The notes: generated by a model not told the origin, from the sequence alone. Counted from the stretch's first letter, positions 25,671 to 34,940 are shown. The stretch is DNA of 64,000 nucleotides from an uncultured Bacteroidota bacterium (GCA_902786595.1 CADADB010000001.1:3172-67171), one strand, 5' to 3'. Made by a program: numbers and translations.

Positions 25671-25688
25671 CCGCCAAAATTGAAATCA

Positions 25689-26966
25689 ATGACAATCAAT
25701 ATTATCACCTTAGGTTGTTCCAAGAATATTGTGGATTCGGAAGTTATGGCCGCGCAGCTCCACCGCAACGGGCATGAACTCTACTACGAAAGCGCGCAAA
25801 AAAGCGACATCGTGATCATTAACACGTGCAGCTTCATCCACGACGCCCGGGAAGAATCCGTGAACGAAATCCTGCAACAGATTGAGCGCAAGAAACGCCG
25901 CCAAATCAAGAAGTTGTACGTGGTGGGATGCCTTGTGCAGCGCAATATGACGGAATTGCAGGAGGCATTGCCCGAGGTGGATGGGTTCTTTACCTTCGCG
26001 GAACTGCCGAAACTGTTGGAATCCCCCGATTTCCAGCTGCTCAACACGGCGGACCGGATGCTTTCGACTCCGCGCCACTACGCTTACCTCAAAATCTCCG
26101 AGGGCTGCGACCACCAGTGCTCCTACTGTTCCATTCCGCTCATACGCGACCGGCAGGTTTCCAAACCGATTCCTCTTTTGGTGGAGGAGGCACAACGTCT
26201 TGCCGACCAAGGGGTTAAGGAATTGATGCTGATTGCTCAGGACCTCACCTACTACGGCATCGACCGCAGCGGCAAGCGCGAACTCGCCGACCTGATGGAT
26301 AAGCTCGCGCAAGTGAATGGTATCCAGTGGATTCGGCTGCACTACGCCTACCCGCTGAACTTCCCCTACGAGATTCTGGAGGTGATGAAGCAGTACCCCC
26401 AATACTGCCGTTACTTGGATATTCCGTTCCAGCACGTGAGCGACGACATCCTGCAGAGCATGCGTCGCGGCGGCAGCTCGGCCTACATCTACGACCTCAT
26501 CGCGCGCATCCGCGAGACCATTCCCGGCATCGCGCTGCGTACCACGCTGATCTCCGGATATCCGACCGAGACCCGCGAACAGCACAGGGAACTCGTGGAA
26601 TTCGTGCGCCGCAACCGCTTCGAACGGCTCGGCGTCTTCGCCTACTCACAAGAGGAGGACACGCCCGCCTTCGACCTCGGTGACCCCATCAAGGCCTCCG
26701 AAAAGAACAAACGGGTGAACGAAATCATGAAGCTGCAGGAGAAAATCTCCTACGAAATCAACCAGACCCGTGTCGGCACCACGATGAAAGTGCTCATCGA
26801 CAGCGAGGAACCTGACTGCTACATCGGCCGCACCGAATTTGACTCCCCCGATGTCGATAACGACGTCTTCATCGACAAATCCCAACCGCTCACCATCGGC
26901 GAATTCTACAATGTGGAAATCACCGACGCCGCGGAATATGATTTGTTCGGAACGATAGGTGTTTGA
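25689..26966 (+). CDS. rimO: Ribosomal protein S12 methylthiotransferase
   Basis: I trimmed the ORF to MTINIITLGCSKNIVDSE. The radical SAM motif is CDHQCSYC, with a C-terminal TRAM-like domain. Confidence 0.85.
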   Translation: MTINIITLGCSKNIVDSEVMAAQLHRNGHELYYESAQKSDIVIINTCSFIHDAREESVNEILQQIERKKRRQIKKLYVVGCLVQRNMTELQEALPEVDGFFTFAELPKLLESPDFQLLNTADRMLSTPRHYAYLKISEGCDHQCSYCSIPLIRDRQVSKPIPLLVEEAQRLADQGVKELMLIAQDLTYYGIDRSGKRELADLMDKLAQVNGIQWIRLHYAYPLNFPYEILEVMKQYPQYCRYLDIPFQHVSDDILQSMRRGGSSAYIYDLIARIRETIPGIALRTTLISGYPTETREQHRELVEFVRRNRFERLGVFAYSQEEDTPAFDLGDPIKASEKNKRVNEIMKLQEKISYEINQTRVGTTMKVLIDSEEPDCYIGRTEFDSPDVDNDVFIDKSQPLTIGEFYNVEITDAAEYDLFGTIGV

Positions 26967-26982
26967 TAATCGAAATGTCTTT

Positions 26983-27034
26983 CTCTACCGAGCTCTTGCC
27001 CCTGCCGGGGCTGCTCAAGGAAAATGTTTTTATA
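26983..27034 (+). repeat. 52-nt terminator-like dispersed repeat, copy 1 (CTCTACCGAGCTCTTGCCCCTGCCGGGGCTGCTCAAGGAAAATGTTTTTATA)
   Basis: About 90% identical to 36138-36188. It contains a GCCCC-TGCC-GGGGC hairpin followed by a T-run. Confidence 0.85.
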
Positions 27035-27068
27035 GATTGCTCCTCTATCGTTATAATTGCACTTGTCG

Positions 27069-27134
27069 TAACCCAATAACTACTAACTACTAACTTTCAA
27101 TAACCCATAACCCATAACCAATAACCATTCCAAT
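27069..27134. repeat. G-free STR spacer (TAACTAC heptamers plus the TTTCAATAACCCATAACCCATAACCAATAACCATT element)
   Basis: No G on the + strand until the ATG at 27133. Confidence 0.9.
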
Positions 27135-28917
27135 GAACCTCCTCCAACTCTTCAAAAACCTCCGCCCGTTTGTGAAACCTTACAAATGGCTGGTACTCAT
27201 CACCTTAATCCTCACATTGGTCGGATCTTTGATGGCGCAGGTCAATGCCATTGTGCTCGACCGGACGGTGGATGCCATCAACGCGCTCATCGGCACCAAC
27301 TTCCAATGGGGTCAGGCGGCGCGGATCATGACTATCATCTCCATCGTGTTGTTAGGCAAGGAGTTGCTATCCGCAATTGTCACCTTTGCGCAGAACTATT
27401 TCGGCGAACGGATGCGGATTTACGTGAGCCGCGACTTGGCGCAGAGCGTCATCGAGAAGGTGCTCACCTTCAAGATGGCCTTCTTCAACTCGGGCGACAA
27501 CGCCACCGGCAAGTTGCAAGCCCGTATCGATCAAGGTGTCAGTTCGTTATCGCGCACGGTGCAGAACTTCTTCATCGACCTGCTGCCGTTGTTCACCAGC
27601 GCCTTGCTCGCCCTCATCCTGATGTTTGCGGCCAACATCTATGTCGGCTTGGTCGCCCTCGGTATCGTGCCGGTTTACTTCTGGATCACCTATCGGCAGG
27701 CGCGGCGGCTCAAAGGTTGGCGACGTGAGATGCGTAGCCATTTGGAGACTAAAAGTCAGGGTATCAAGAATATCATCGACTCCATCAACGTCATCAAGAG
27801 TTTCAACCGCGAGCAGATCGAGGGACAGAAACAGCTGGATATCCAGAACCAAGTGACGGAGAACCAGATGAAAACCCGCAAGGTGGCCTTCTACTACAAC
27901 GGACTCAAGAGCTTCGTTCGGCAGGTGGGCACCGTGCTGGTCATCATCCTCACCGCCTACTTGGTGCTCATCGAATATCCCGGCATGACCATCGGTAAGA
28001 TCATGTACCACGTGATGTTGTTCAGCAACGTCATCGCGCCCATCACGCAGCTGCAACGCATCTTCGACGACGTGAACGATGCGCTGATCTACGCGGAAGG
28101 CTTCTTCGGCATCCTCAACTCCGAGAAGGAGGTCGAGCCGTCGGGCGAGTACAGACCGGAGCCCATTCACGGCAACTTCGAGCTGAAGGGCGTCGATTTC
28201 ACCTATCCGAATGGCACGCAGGCGTTGTTCGGCGTCAACATGAAAATCGAGTCGGGCAAGATCACGGCGTTGGTCGGACTGTCGGGCGCGGGCAAGAGTA
28301 CGATCGTCAACCTGCTGGACAAGTTTTACGAGCCGCAAGTGGGTACCATCACGTTGGACGGGGTCGATTTGCGCGACTACGACACGCATTATCTGCGCGA
28401 GAACATCGGGTTGGTGTTGCAGAAGAACCACATTTTCGACGGCACCATCGAGGAGAACATCCTCTACGGCAACCCGGACGCCACGCACGAGGAGGTGGTG
28501 GAAGCCGCGAAGAAGGCGCACCTCTACGACCAGGTCATGGAGTTGCCGAAGCATTTCGCGCACAACGCCGCCGACCTCTCCGGCGGGCAGCAGCAGCGCG
28601 TGGCCATCGCCCGCATGTTCCTCAAGAATCCGCCCATCATCTTCTTGGACGAGCCCACCGCCAGCTTGGACGCCATCGCCACCGAGCAGATCAAGAACAG
28701 CATCGACGCCATCAAGCAGGACCGCACCGTCATCATCATCTCCCACAGCATCTCGCAGATCATCGATGCCGACTACATCTACGCGCTCAAGGACGGTCGC
28801 GTGGAAGAATCCGGCGACCCCGATGAAATCTACAAGAAAGGCGGCATCTACAAGGACATTATCGATGCTTCAGCAAGAAGTTTGAATATCGAGAAGATTG
28901 CGAAGACGATAGGATAA
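27133..28917 (+). CDS. ABC exporter, fused permease/ATPase (MsbA-like)
   Basis: A six-TM N-terminal half. Walker A is GLSGAGKST, the signature is LSGGQQQR and Walker B is IIFLDEPT. Confidence 0.85.
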   Translation: MNLLQLFKNLRPFVKPYKWLVLITLILTLVGSLMAQVNAIVLDRTVDAINALIGTNFQWGQAARIMTIISIVLLGKELLSAIVTFAQNYFGERMRIYVSRDLAQSVIEKVLTFKMAFFNSGDNATGKLQARIDQGVSSLSRTVQNFFIDLLPLFTSALLALILMFAANIYVGLVALGIVPVYFWITYRQARRLKGWRREMRSHLETKSQGIKNIIDSINVIKSFNREQIEGQKQLDIQNQVTENQMKTRKVAFYYNGLKSFVRQVGTVLVIILTAYLVLIEYPGMTIGKIMYHVMLFSNVIAPITQLQRIFDDVNDALIYAEGFFGILNSEKEVEPSGEYRPEPIHGNFELKGVDFTYPNGTQALFGVNMKIESGKITALVGLSGAGKSTIVNLLDKFYEPQVGTITLDGVDLRDYDTHYLRENIGLVLQKNHIFDGTIEENILYGNPDATHEEVVEAAKKAHLYDQVMELPKHFAHNAADLSGGQQQRVAIARMFLKNPPIIFLDEPTASLDAIATEQIKNSIDAIKQDRTVIIISHSISQIIDADYIYALKDGRVEESGDPDEIYKKGGIYKDIIDASARSLNIEKIAKTIG

Positions 28918-28950
28918 TGGTTATGGGTTATAGGTTATGGGTTATTGAAG
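28908..28950. repeat. C-free copy (reverse orientation) of the junction element: TAATGGTTATGGGTTATAGGTTATGGGTTATTGAAG
   Basis: It starts at the stop codon of the ABC gene. Confidence 0.85.
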
Positions 28951-28967
28951 CTTGTTTTAGAAAAAGG

Positions 28968-29003
28968 AAAAAAAAGAGCGGCCAGCAATGACCGCTCTTT
29001 TTG
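28968..29003. terminator. Bidirectional intrinsic terminator between convergent genes
   Basis: A8-AGAGCGG-ccagcaatga-CCGCTCT-TTTT. Confidence 0.75.
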
Positions 29004-29072
29004 GTATTATCCGTGAGGACGTATGCGATACGCGTACGTATGCAATGCGCCAGGGCGAATGATTATTCGCCC

Positions 29073-32000
29073 CTACTGGAAGGCGTTCTCGCTCAGGCCG
29101 TCGCCGGAGATGGCGAGGCGTGACATGTAGGACGGGGCTTCCTTGCCGAGGTACTTATCGACGTAGATCTTGGCGAGGTACTGTCCCAACATGAAGCCGT
29201 GGCCACGCATACCGACCAACAGACCATGCTCCGGATCCACGATGTAGCGCGGCTCAGTGTAGTAGCCCGCCCACGTGGCCTGGAAGCTGACGTTCTTCAG
29301 CTGCGGAATCCAGTCGATGAACATCTCCGCGCACACCTGCAGGAAATCCTGCGTGTTGTACTTCAGTTCCTTGCCGGCCTGTTGCTGCTCGGTCGCGGGC
29401 GACGCGCAGCCGATGATTTGGCCGGTCTCCGCGAACTGCTGACCATAGACGGCGGAGAATCCTTTGTACTTCCGACGGTCGATGAGCATGTCCAGAGAGT
29501 CACCATCCTTACCCAACATCGGCAAACGATGCGTGATAAAGGCCTGGTGCTTAATCGGATATAAGCCAAGATACATGCCTAACTGCTCCGCGAACTTGTT
29601 GGCGCTCGGTCCAAGGGAGTTCACGAAATGTTCGCAATGGTACTCCACGTACTCTTTGTCGTGGGTCTTCACCAACGCCATGAATCCCTTGGCGGTCTTG
29701 CGCACCTCCAACAGGCGGGTGTCTTCCAACAGTACGCCGCCCTTCTCGATGGCGATGTTGCGGATGTAGTTGATGGTGGGGCCGGGCGTGGCCTGCCAGC
29801 ACGCATTGGTGATGCAGGCGGCCTGGTAGGTGTTGAGGTTCGGGTTAAAGTAGGGCGAAACCTCCTTCACGAAGTCCTTCTTATCGACCATGTAGCCGTC
29901 GCTCCATTCGAGGGATTTCTCCAACGCCTTGTAGTTGGCCTCGTCGTGGGCGAACCCGACGTAACGTGTGGGCTTGTAGTTGATGTTGGTGACCTTCTGG
30001 ATGGATTCGAAGATGGCGCGGTTGTGTTCCGCGATGTCGGCGATTTCCGGCACGGAGAAGCTGGGACGGCCGCCGCCGATGCAGCGCCAGGAGGAGCCGC
30101 GTTCGGCGTTGCAGAGCACCACTTTCTTGCCGGCTTCGGCGAAGTAGCGGAACAGGCCGCTGCCTGTGATGCCGCCGCCCGCCACGAAGACATCGCACTC
30201 GACCTTCTTGGTCGGGTGGCCGTTGACGTTCGTCACGAATGTTTCGGGTTTATCGTTCGGGCAGAGCTCGCCGATGTTGAGCTGCGAGGAGAGCGGACCG
30301 CGCGGGGTGGCGTCGCCCACGACCTCCACACCGTGACCGGCCAGCAGCAGCTTCACACGCGGGATGCAGCGTTTGCCGCGACACGGACCCATTCCGATGC
30401 GGGTGATGTGCTTCAACTCATCCACGGAGATGATCTTCTTGCCCTTCACGGCCTCGAGGATAGTCTCAATCTTCACATCGTCGCAGTGGCAGACGAAGGC
30501 GGGATCCTCCTCCTTCTTATCCAGTTTCTGCCAGTTCAGCGGCTCGGGATAGTTCTCTTTCAGGATGAAACCGGTGACGCTCATCAATGCTTCACCGCTG
30601 ATATCCAGGGCTTTCATGCGGGCAACATGCGTCTTGTTCGCGCCCTTCGTGATCTTTTCGATGACACCTTCGCCGACCTTCTGGCCGTTGTCGTCCACCA
30701 AGAAAACCTCTGCGTTCTCCTCCGCATCGTACTCGAACGGCAGGAAGAGCCAGTTCTTTGGGATGTTGTAGCCGAAGAGAGCCAGGCCGGGACAGTGGTT
30801 GACGCACTTCATACAGCCGATGCACTTGTCGTAATCGATCTGCGGCACGTGGTTGGTGGCGATTTTGGTGATGGCGCCTTGCGGGCAGGCGAATGTGCAG
30901 GGGTTGCAGGCGAAACCGTAGAGACAGTCGGCCATGACGAACGGCTTCTGCAGACGGTCGCCGCAGGGGCGGTTGGGTTTTTCAAGCACGCGCACAGGAT
31001 GTTGCTGGGAATCAGCGTAATCCTTGGTCACAGCGAGGTAGTCGTCGTAGTTAAAGCGCACGTTCAGGGCTTGGGCAATCTCCATAGCGGCCTGTTTGCC
31101 GCGCAACACGGCGCAGGTGCCTTCACCCACGCGGGTGGCGTCACCGATGCCGTAGGTGTTGAGCCCGAAAGTGACCTTGCCCTTTTCAAGGATGAGGTTG
31201 TCGGGTTTCAGACCGGTACATATATTAATAAGGTCGATGTCTTTGATGACCTGCTCGGTGCCGGGCACGGGTTGGAAGTTCTTGCATTCGGCAATCACTG
31301 CGCCAATCACGCCGGTGTGATCCTCGTTGGGGATGGCCTTCAGCAACGTATGGGAGGTGATGATGGGGATGCCGAGACGGCGCACGCGGTTGGCTTGCAC
31401 TGGGAATCCACCCTCGTGATCCATGGCCTCGACGATGGCCACCACTTTCGCACCTGCCTGAACGGCCTGATACGACGTGAGGTAGCCGATATTGCCGGCA
31501 CCGATAGTGAGGATGCGTTTGCCGAGGAGCGTGTGCTGCAGGTTCATCATCTTCTGCACGACAGCGGCGGTATAGACGCCCGGCAGATCGTCGTTCTCGA
31601 AAGTGGGCATGAACGGGAACGCACCCGTGGCCACGACGAGGAAGTTGGCATCCACGAAGAAGATGCTGCCGTCCTCCATGTTCTTGGCGGCCACGCGCTT
31701 GCCTTCGAGGATGTCCCACACGGTGCTGTTGAGCAGGATGCCGGAGTGGTCGTCACCGGCGAGCGTCTTGGCGATGTCGAAACCGCGCATGCCGCCGTAC
31801 TTCTGCTCCTTCTCGAAGAAGAAGAACTGATGGGTCTGCATGGTGAACTGTCCGCCGATGCGGTCGTTGTTGTCGATGACGATGTTGGGGATGCCGAACT
31901 TGTTGAGTTGTTCGCGGCAGGCGAGACCGGCAGGACCCGCACCGATGATGGCAACCTCGGTCTTATAGACTTTCGGGGCGGCGGCGGGTTTGTCGGCAGC

Positions 32001-32303
32001 GGTTTCGGGAAGATAGTTGTGGGCAATCTCCTCCACCTTCTTCACGCCATCGACGAGGGTGACGCAGATGCGTTTCACCACGCCATCGACGAGCATTTCG
32101 CAGGCGCCGCACTTGCCGATGCCGCAGTCCATACTGCGCTCACGGCCCTTCAAACTGTGACTGTGGATGGGGAACCCCGCCTGGTGCAGGGCCGCTGCGA
32201 TGGTGTAGCCCTTCGCGGCTTTCACTTGCTGACCCTTGTACTCAAAGGTCGTGATCTCCCTTTCGGGAATATCCAAAATGGGATGGTGTAAAATTGGATA
32301 CAT
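29073..32303 (-). CDS. Giant multidomain redox flavoprotein: [2Fe-2S] + pyridine-nucleotide-disulfide oxidoreductase + 2x[4Fe-4S] ferredoxin + BFD-like [2Fe-2S] + DAO-type FAD oxidoreductase
   Basis: I trimmed the TTG-start track ORF to the ATG at 32303 (MYPILHHP...). The motifs in order are CGIGKCGACEM, VAIIGAGPAGLA, CIGCMKCVNHCP, VCHCDDV...GMGPCRGKRC and DVFVAGGGITGSG. It resembles fused subunits of the opine/proline/sarcosine oxidase and HcnABC-type complexes. Confidence 0.7.
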   Translation of the reverse strand: MYPILHHPILDIPEREITTFEYKGQQVKAAKGYTIAAALHQAGFPIHSHSLKGRERSMDCGIGKCGACEMLVDGVVKRICVTLVDGVKKVEEIAHNYLPETAADKPAAAPKVYKTEVAIIGAGPAGLACREQLNKFGIPNIVIDNNDRIGGQFTMQTHQFFFFEKEQKYGGMRGFDIAKTLAGDDHSGILLNSTVWDILEGKRVAAKNMEDGSIFFVDANFLVVATGAFPFMPTFENDDLPGVYTAAVVQKMMNLQHTLLGKRILTIGAGNIGYLTSYQAVQAGAKVVAIVEAMDHEGGFPVQANRVRRLGIPIITSHTLLKAIPNEDHTGVIGAVIAECKNFQPVPGTEQVIKDIDLINICTGLKPDNLILEKGKVTFGLNTYGIGDATRVGEGTCAVLRGKQAAMEIAQALNVRFNYDDYLAVTKDYADSQQHPVRVLEKPNRPCGDRLQKPFVMADCLYGFACNPCTFACPQGAITKIATNHVPQIDYDKCIGCMKCVNHCPGLALFGYNIPKNWLFLPFEYDAEENAEVFLVDDNGQKVGEGVIEKITKGANKTHVARMKALDISGEALMSVTGFILKENYPEPLNWQKLDKKEEDPAFVCHCDDVKIETILEAVKGKKIISVDELKHITRIGMGPCRGKRCIPRVKLLLAGHGVEVVGDATPRGPLSSQLNIGELCPNDKPETFVTNVNGHPTKKVECDVFVAGGGITGSGLFRYFAEAGKKVVLCNAERGSSWRCIGGGRPSFSVPEIADIAEHNRAIFESIQKVTNINYKPTRYVGFAHDEANYKALEKSLEWSDGYMVDKKDFVKEVSPYFNPNLNTYQAACITNACWQATPGPTINYIRNIAIEKGGVLLEDTRLLEVRKTAKGFMALVKTHDKEYVEYHCEHFVNSLGPSANKFAEQLGMYLGLYPIKHQAFITHRLPMLGKDGDSLDMLIDRRKYKGFSAVYGQQFAETGQIIGCASPATEQQQAGKELKYNTQDFLQVCAEMFIDWIPQLKNVSFQATWAGYYTEPRYIVDPEHGLLVGMRGHGFMLGQYLAKIYVDKYLGKEAPSYMSRLAISGDGLSENAFQ

Positions 32304-32394
32304 GATTCTTGTTCTTATATTTTTGATTATTGTTGATTCCAAATTTTTACAAGTTGCAAAAATAGTTTTTTTTCAATTTCATCGCAAAAAATCG

Positions 32395-32402
32395 TATTTT
32401 TG
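32395..32402 (+). promoter_or_regulatory. -7 promoter box TATTTTTG(CCGCC) driving the TPP riboswitch transcript
   Basis: It sits immediately upstream of the aptamer. Confidence 0.55.
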
Positions 32403-32409
32403 CCGCCGT

Positions 32410-32486
32410 TTTGAAAGGGGTGCCGAATGGCTGAGATCAGACCCGTTGAACCTGATGCGGATAATGCCGCCGTAGGGAAATTCACA
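32410..32486 (+). promoter_or_regulatory. TPP (thiamine pyrophosphate, THI-box) riboswitch aptamer
   Basis: The conserved core reads GGGGTGCCgaatgGCTGAGAtcagACCCgttGAACCTGATGCGGATAATGCCGCCGTAGGGAA. A possible P1 helix is TGAA/TTCA. Confidence 0.85.
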
Positions 32487-32544
32487 ACGTCCTCTTATCC
32501 CTCTTTCAGTGTGTTTAATTTATTAATAACTAAACTGTTAGAGT

Positions 32545-34812
32545 ATGTTTTCAATTAAGAATGCAGAATTAAGAATGAAGAATGAAGTGCTGTCGTTAAT
32601 GATGGTGCTGTTTGCGACTGCGTTGTTCGCGCAGCAACCGGATACCGTGCAGAAGGGTACGGTGCCGGAGGTTACCATCCAATTCACGAAGCCTACGGTG
32701 CAGCAGTCGGCGAACGTCACCACGATGTCGATGCCGCAGATCCGCGCACAACAAGGTAATGGTAGCGTTAACAACCTGCTGGAGCTGATGCCTTCCGTAG
32801 TGGTCACTTCCGAGTCGGGTAACGGCCTGGGTGCCACCTACATGTTCATCCGCGGCATCGACCAGACCCGTATCAACACCACCCTCAACGGCGTGACCAT
32901 CAACAATGCCGAGTCGCAGGGTTCGTGGTTGGTGAACCTGCCCGACATGGGAACATATATCGAGAACGTGAGCGTGCAGAGCGGTGCCAACACCTCCGAC
33001 GGTAGTACTTCTTACGGTGCTCGTGTCGATTTCGTGACCCGCGACATTCCGTTGAAACCTTTTGCCGAGGCCCGCACCGCGTATGGTTCCTTTAACACCT
33101 TCCACAACATGGTGAGCGCGGGTACCGGCCTCATCGGCAAGCGTTTCTCCATGCTCGCCTCCTTCTCCGACATCCGCAGCGACGGCTACATCGACTTCTC
33201 CGGAGTGCGCCTCAACTCGGGCTTCCTTACGGCACAACTCGACCTTTATAACTTCAAGAAGAACAAAGACAACGGAAAATTGCGTTTTCATATGCTCTAT
33301 GGCACTGAACACACCGGTCTCGCATGGAACGGCGTTCCTTACGACAGTCTTGCCACTAACCGCACCTACAACTCCTGTGGCGAATATTACGATGACAACG
33401 GCATGCGTCACTACTACGAAAATTCCTACGACCACTACACCCAGACTTTCTACCAGTTAGAGTACCTCAAGGATTGGATTCGTCAAGGAGGCCTCCAACA
33501 CCACAGCTTACAGGTGATGCCCTATCTGACTCGCGGTTTCGGTTATTATGAGCAATATAAAGACGACAAGAAACTCAGCAAATACGGATTGGAACCATTG
33601 CATGAAGATCAAAAGAAAGCCGACCTCGTCACGCAAAAATATTTGGACAACTACTACTATGGACTTCACGCGCAATACACAGGTTCACAAGTGTTTAAGA
33701 ACCATACCGACCAAGGTTTGCGTTGGGTGGCCGGCGCGGATGTGAGCAATTACAACGGCAACCACTATGGCAACATTGTATGGGTGCAGCCCGACAGAGT
33801 CAAGGATTGTCCGGCAAACTACGAGTGGTATCGTGGAACAGGTAATAAGCTGCAGAGCAAGGCATTCGCCAATCTGCGCTACTGGATCAAGAACTTCAGC
33901 GTGACGGGCGAGCTGCAGTATCGCCGGGTGGATTACACGATTGAAGGTGTAAACGACGAATTGGCTCCGATTCCTCAGGAGTACCACTGGAATTTCGTGA
34001 ACCCCAAAGTTGCATTGCATTATTTCCTGCAACGTCCGAAGGTGAAACACAGCTTCGATCTCTCCTTTGCCACGGCCAACCGCGAACCCACGCGTAATGA
34101 CCTCGTGGGCGCCCCCGACGACCGCAAACCGGTACCGGAAACCCTTTACGACTTGGAGTTCAGCTACATGAACTACAATGACAAGTACTTCTTCAACACT
34201 ACATTATACGGAATGTACTACAAGAACCAGCTGGTGCGCACGGGCGAGCTCGACCAGACCGGCGACCCGCTCATGACGAACGTAGATAAGAGCTACCGCG
34301 TGGGTATCGAATTGTCTGCCGCTTACAAACCGGTGCGTTTCTTCACGTGGCACGTCAACGGCGGCTTCAGCATCAACCGCATCCTCAACTACACGCATTA
34401 TGTCGAAGATTGGGAGAATGGCGGCTACGTGGAGCAGCAGATCGGCAATACGCCCATCGCCTATTCCCCGAACATCGTGTTGGGCAACGACTTCACTTTC
34501 ACCCCGCTCAACGACTTCAACATCAGCTTGATCACCAAGTTCGTCAGCAAGCAGTATCTCGACAACTCCGGCGATGCCACCTATATTCTGAAACCTTACA
34601 CCTACACCAACTTGCGCCTCTCCTACACCTTCCACTTCAAAGCATTGAAGGATTTGGAGTTATTCCTGAACGTCAACAACCTCTTCAACACGAAGTATGA
34701 GACCAATGCGGCGCTGTACGAGGGCTACTATGGCGGTGAGATTTCGTATGATCCGTACTATTTCCCGCAGGCAGGCATCAATTTCCTCGGTGGCGTGAGA
34801 GTGAGGTTTTAA
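32545..34812 (+). CDS. TonB-dependent outer-membrane receptor, riboswitch-controlled (probable thiamine/thiamine-precursor uptake)
   Basis: Plug plus 22-strand barrel features, ending with the C-terminal ...GGVRVRF. The signal peptide is better from the internal ATG at 32575 (MKNEVLSLMMVLFATALFAQQ), so the start is uncertain. Confidence 0.8.
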   Translation: MFSIKNAELRMKNEVLSLMMVLFATALFAQQPDTVQKGTVPEVTIQFTKPTVQQSANVTTMSMPQIRAQQGNGSVNNLLELMPSVVVTSESGNGLGATYMFIRGIDQTRINTTLNGVTINNAESQGSWLVNLPDMGTYIENVSVQSGANTSDGSTSYGARVDFVTRDIPLKPFAEARTAYGSFNTFHNMVSAGTGLIGKRFSMLASFSDIRSDGYIDFSGVRLNSGFLTAQLDLYNFKKNKDNGKLRFHMLYGTEHTGLAWNGVPYDSLATNRTYNSCGEYYDDNGMRHYYENSYDHYTQTFYQLEYLKDWIRQGGLQHHSLQVMPYLTRGFGYYEQYKDDKKLSKYGLEPLHEDQKKADLVTQKYLDNYYYGLHAQYTGSQVFKNHTDQGLRWVAGADVSNYNGNHYGNIVWVQPDRVKDCPANYEWYRGTGNKLQSKAFANLRYWIKNFSVTGELQYRRVDYTIEGVNDELAPIPQEYHWNFVNPKVALHYFLQRPKVKHSFDLSFATANREPTRNDLVGAPDDRKPVPETLYDLEFSYMNYNDKYFFNTTLYGMYYKNQLVRTGELDQTGDPLMTNVDKSYRVGIELSAAYKPVRFFTWHVNGGFSINRILNYTHYVEDWENGGYVEQQIGNTPIAYSPNIVLGNDFTFTPLNDFNISLITKFVSKQYLDNSGDATYILKPYTYTNLRLSYTFHFKALKDLELFLNVNNLFNTKYETNAALYEGYYGGEISYDPYYFPQAGINFLGGVRVRF

Positions 34813-34839
34813 TCGAACAGATTTTTATTGACTATTATT

Positions 34840-34873
34840 GTAGAGACGTTTCATGAAACGTCTCTACTTTTTT
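34840..34873 (+). terminator. REP-like 28-nt palindrome (variant 1) followed by T6, likely terminating the TonB-receptor transcript
   Basis: GTAGAGACGTTTCATGAAACGTCTCTAC + TTTTTT. Confidence 0.75.
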
Positions 34874-34940
34874 ATAATTCGTCGTCTCGTCGCTTCATTG
34901 TCTCACCGAAAAAGTGTATTTTTGCAGCAAATTTAAAAAG

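Noticed and set aside
29628-32291. 887-aa + strand ORF, the second-longest ORF in the window
   Set aside because: It lies entirely antisense to the 1076-aa flavoprotein gene, whose sense frame carries clear cofactor-binding motifs. The antisense translation is a low-complexity G/A/V/D/H/L-rich string typical of shadow ORFs in GC-rich genes, with no motif.
29073-32486. Functional link between the DAO-domain flavoprotein and thiamine metabolism (ThiO-like), because it abuts the TPP riboswitch
   Set aside because: The riboswitch is on the opposite strand and faces the TonB receptor. The flavoprotein has its own TATTTTTG box and is transcribed divergently, so adjacency alone is not evidence.
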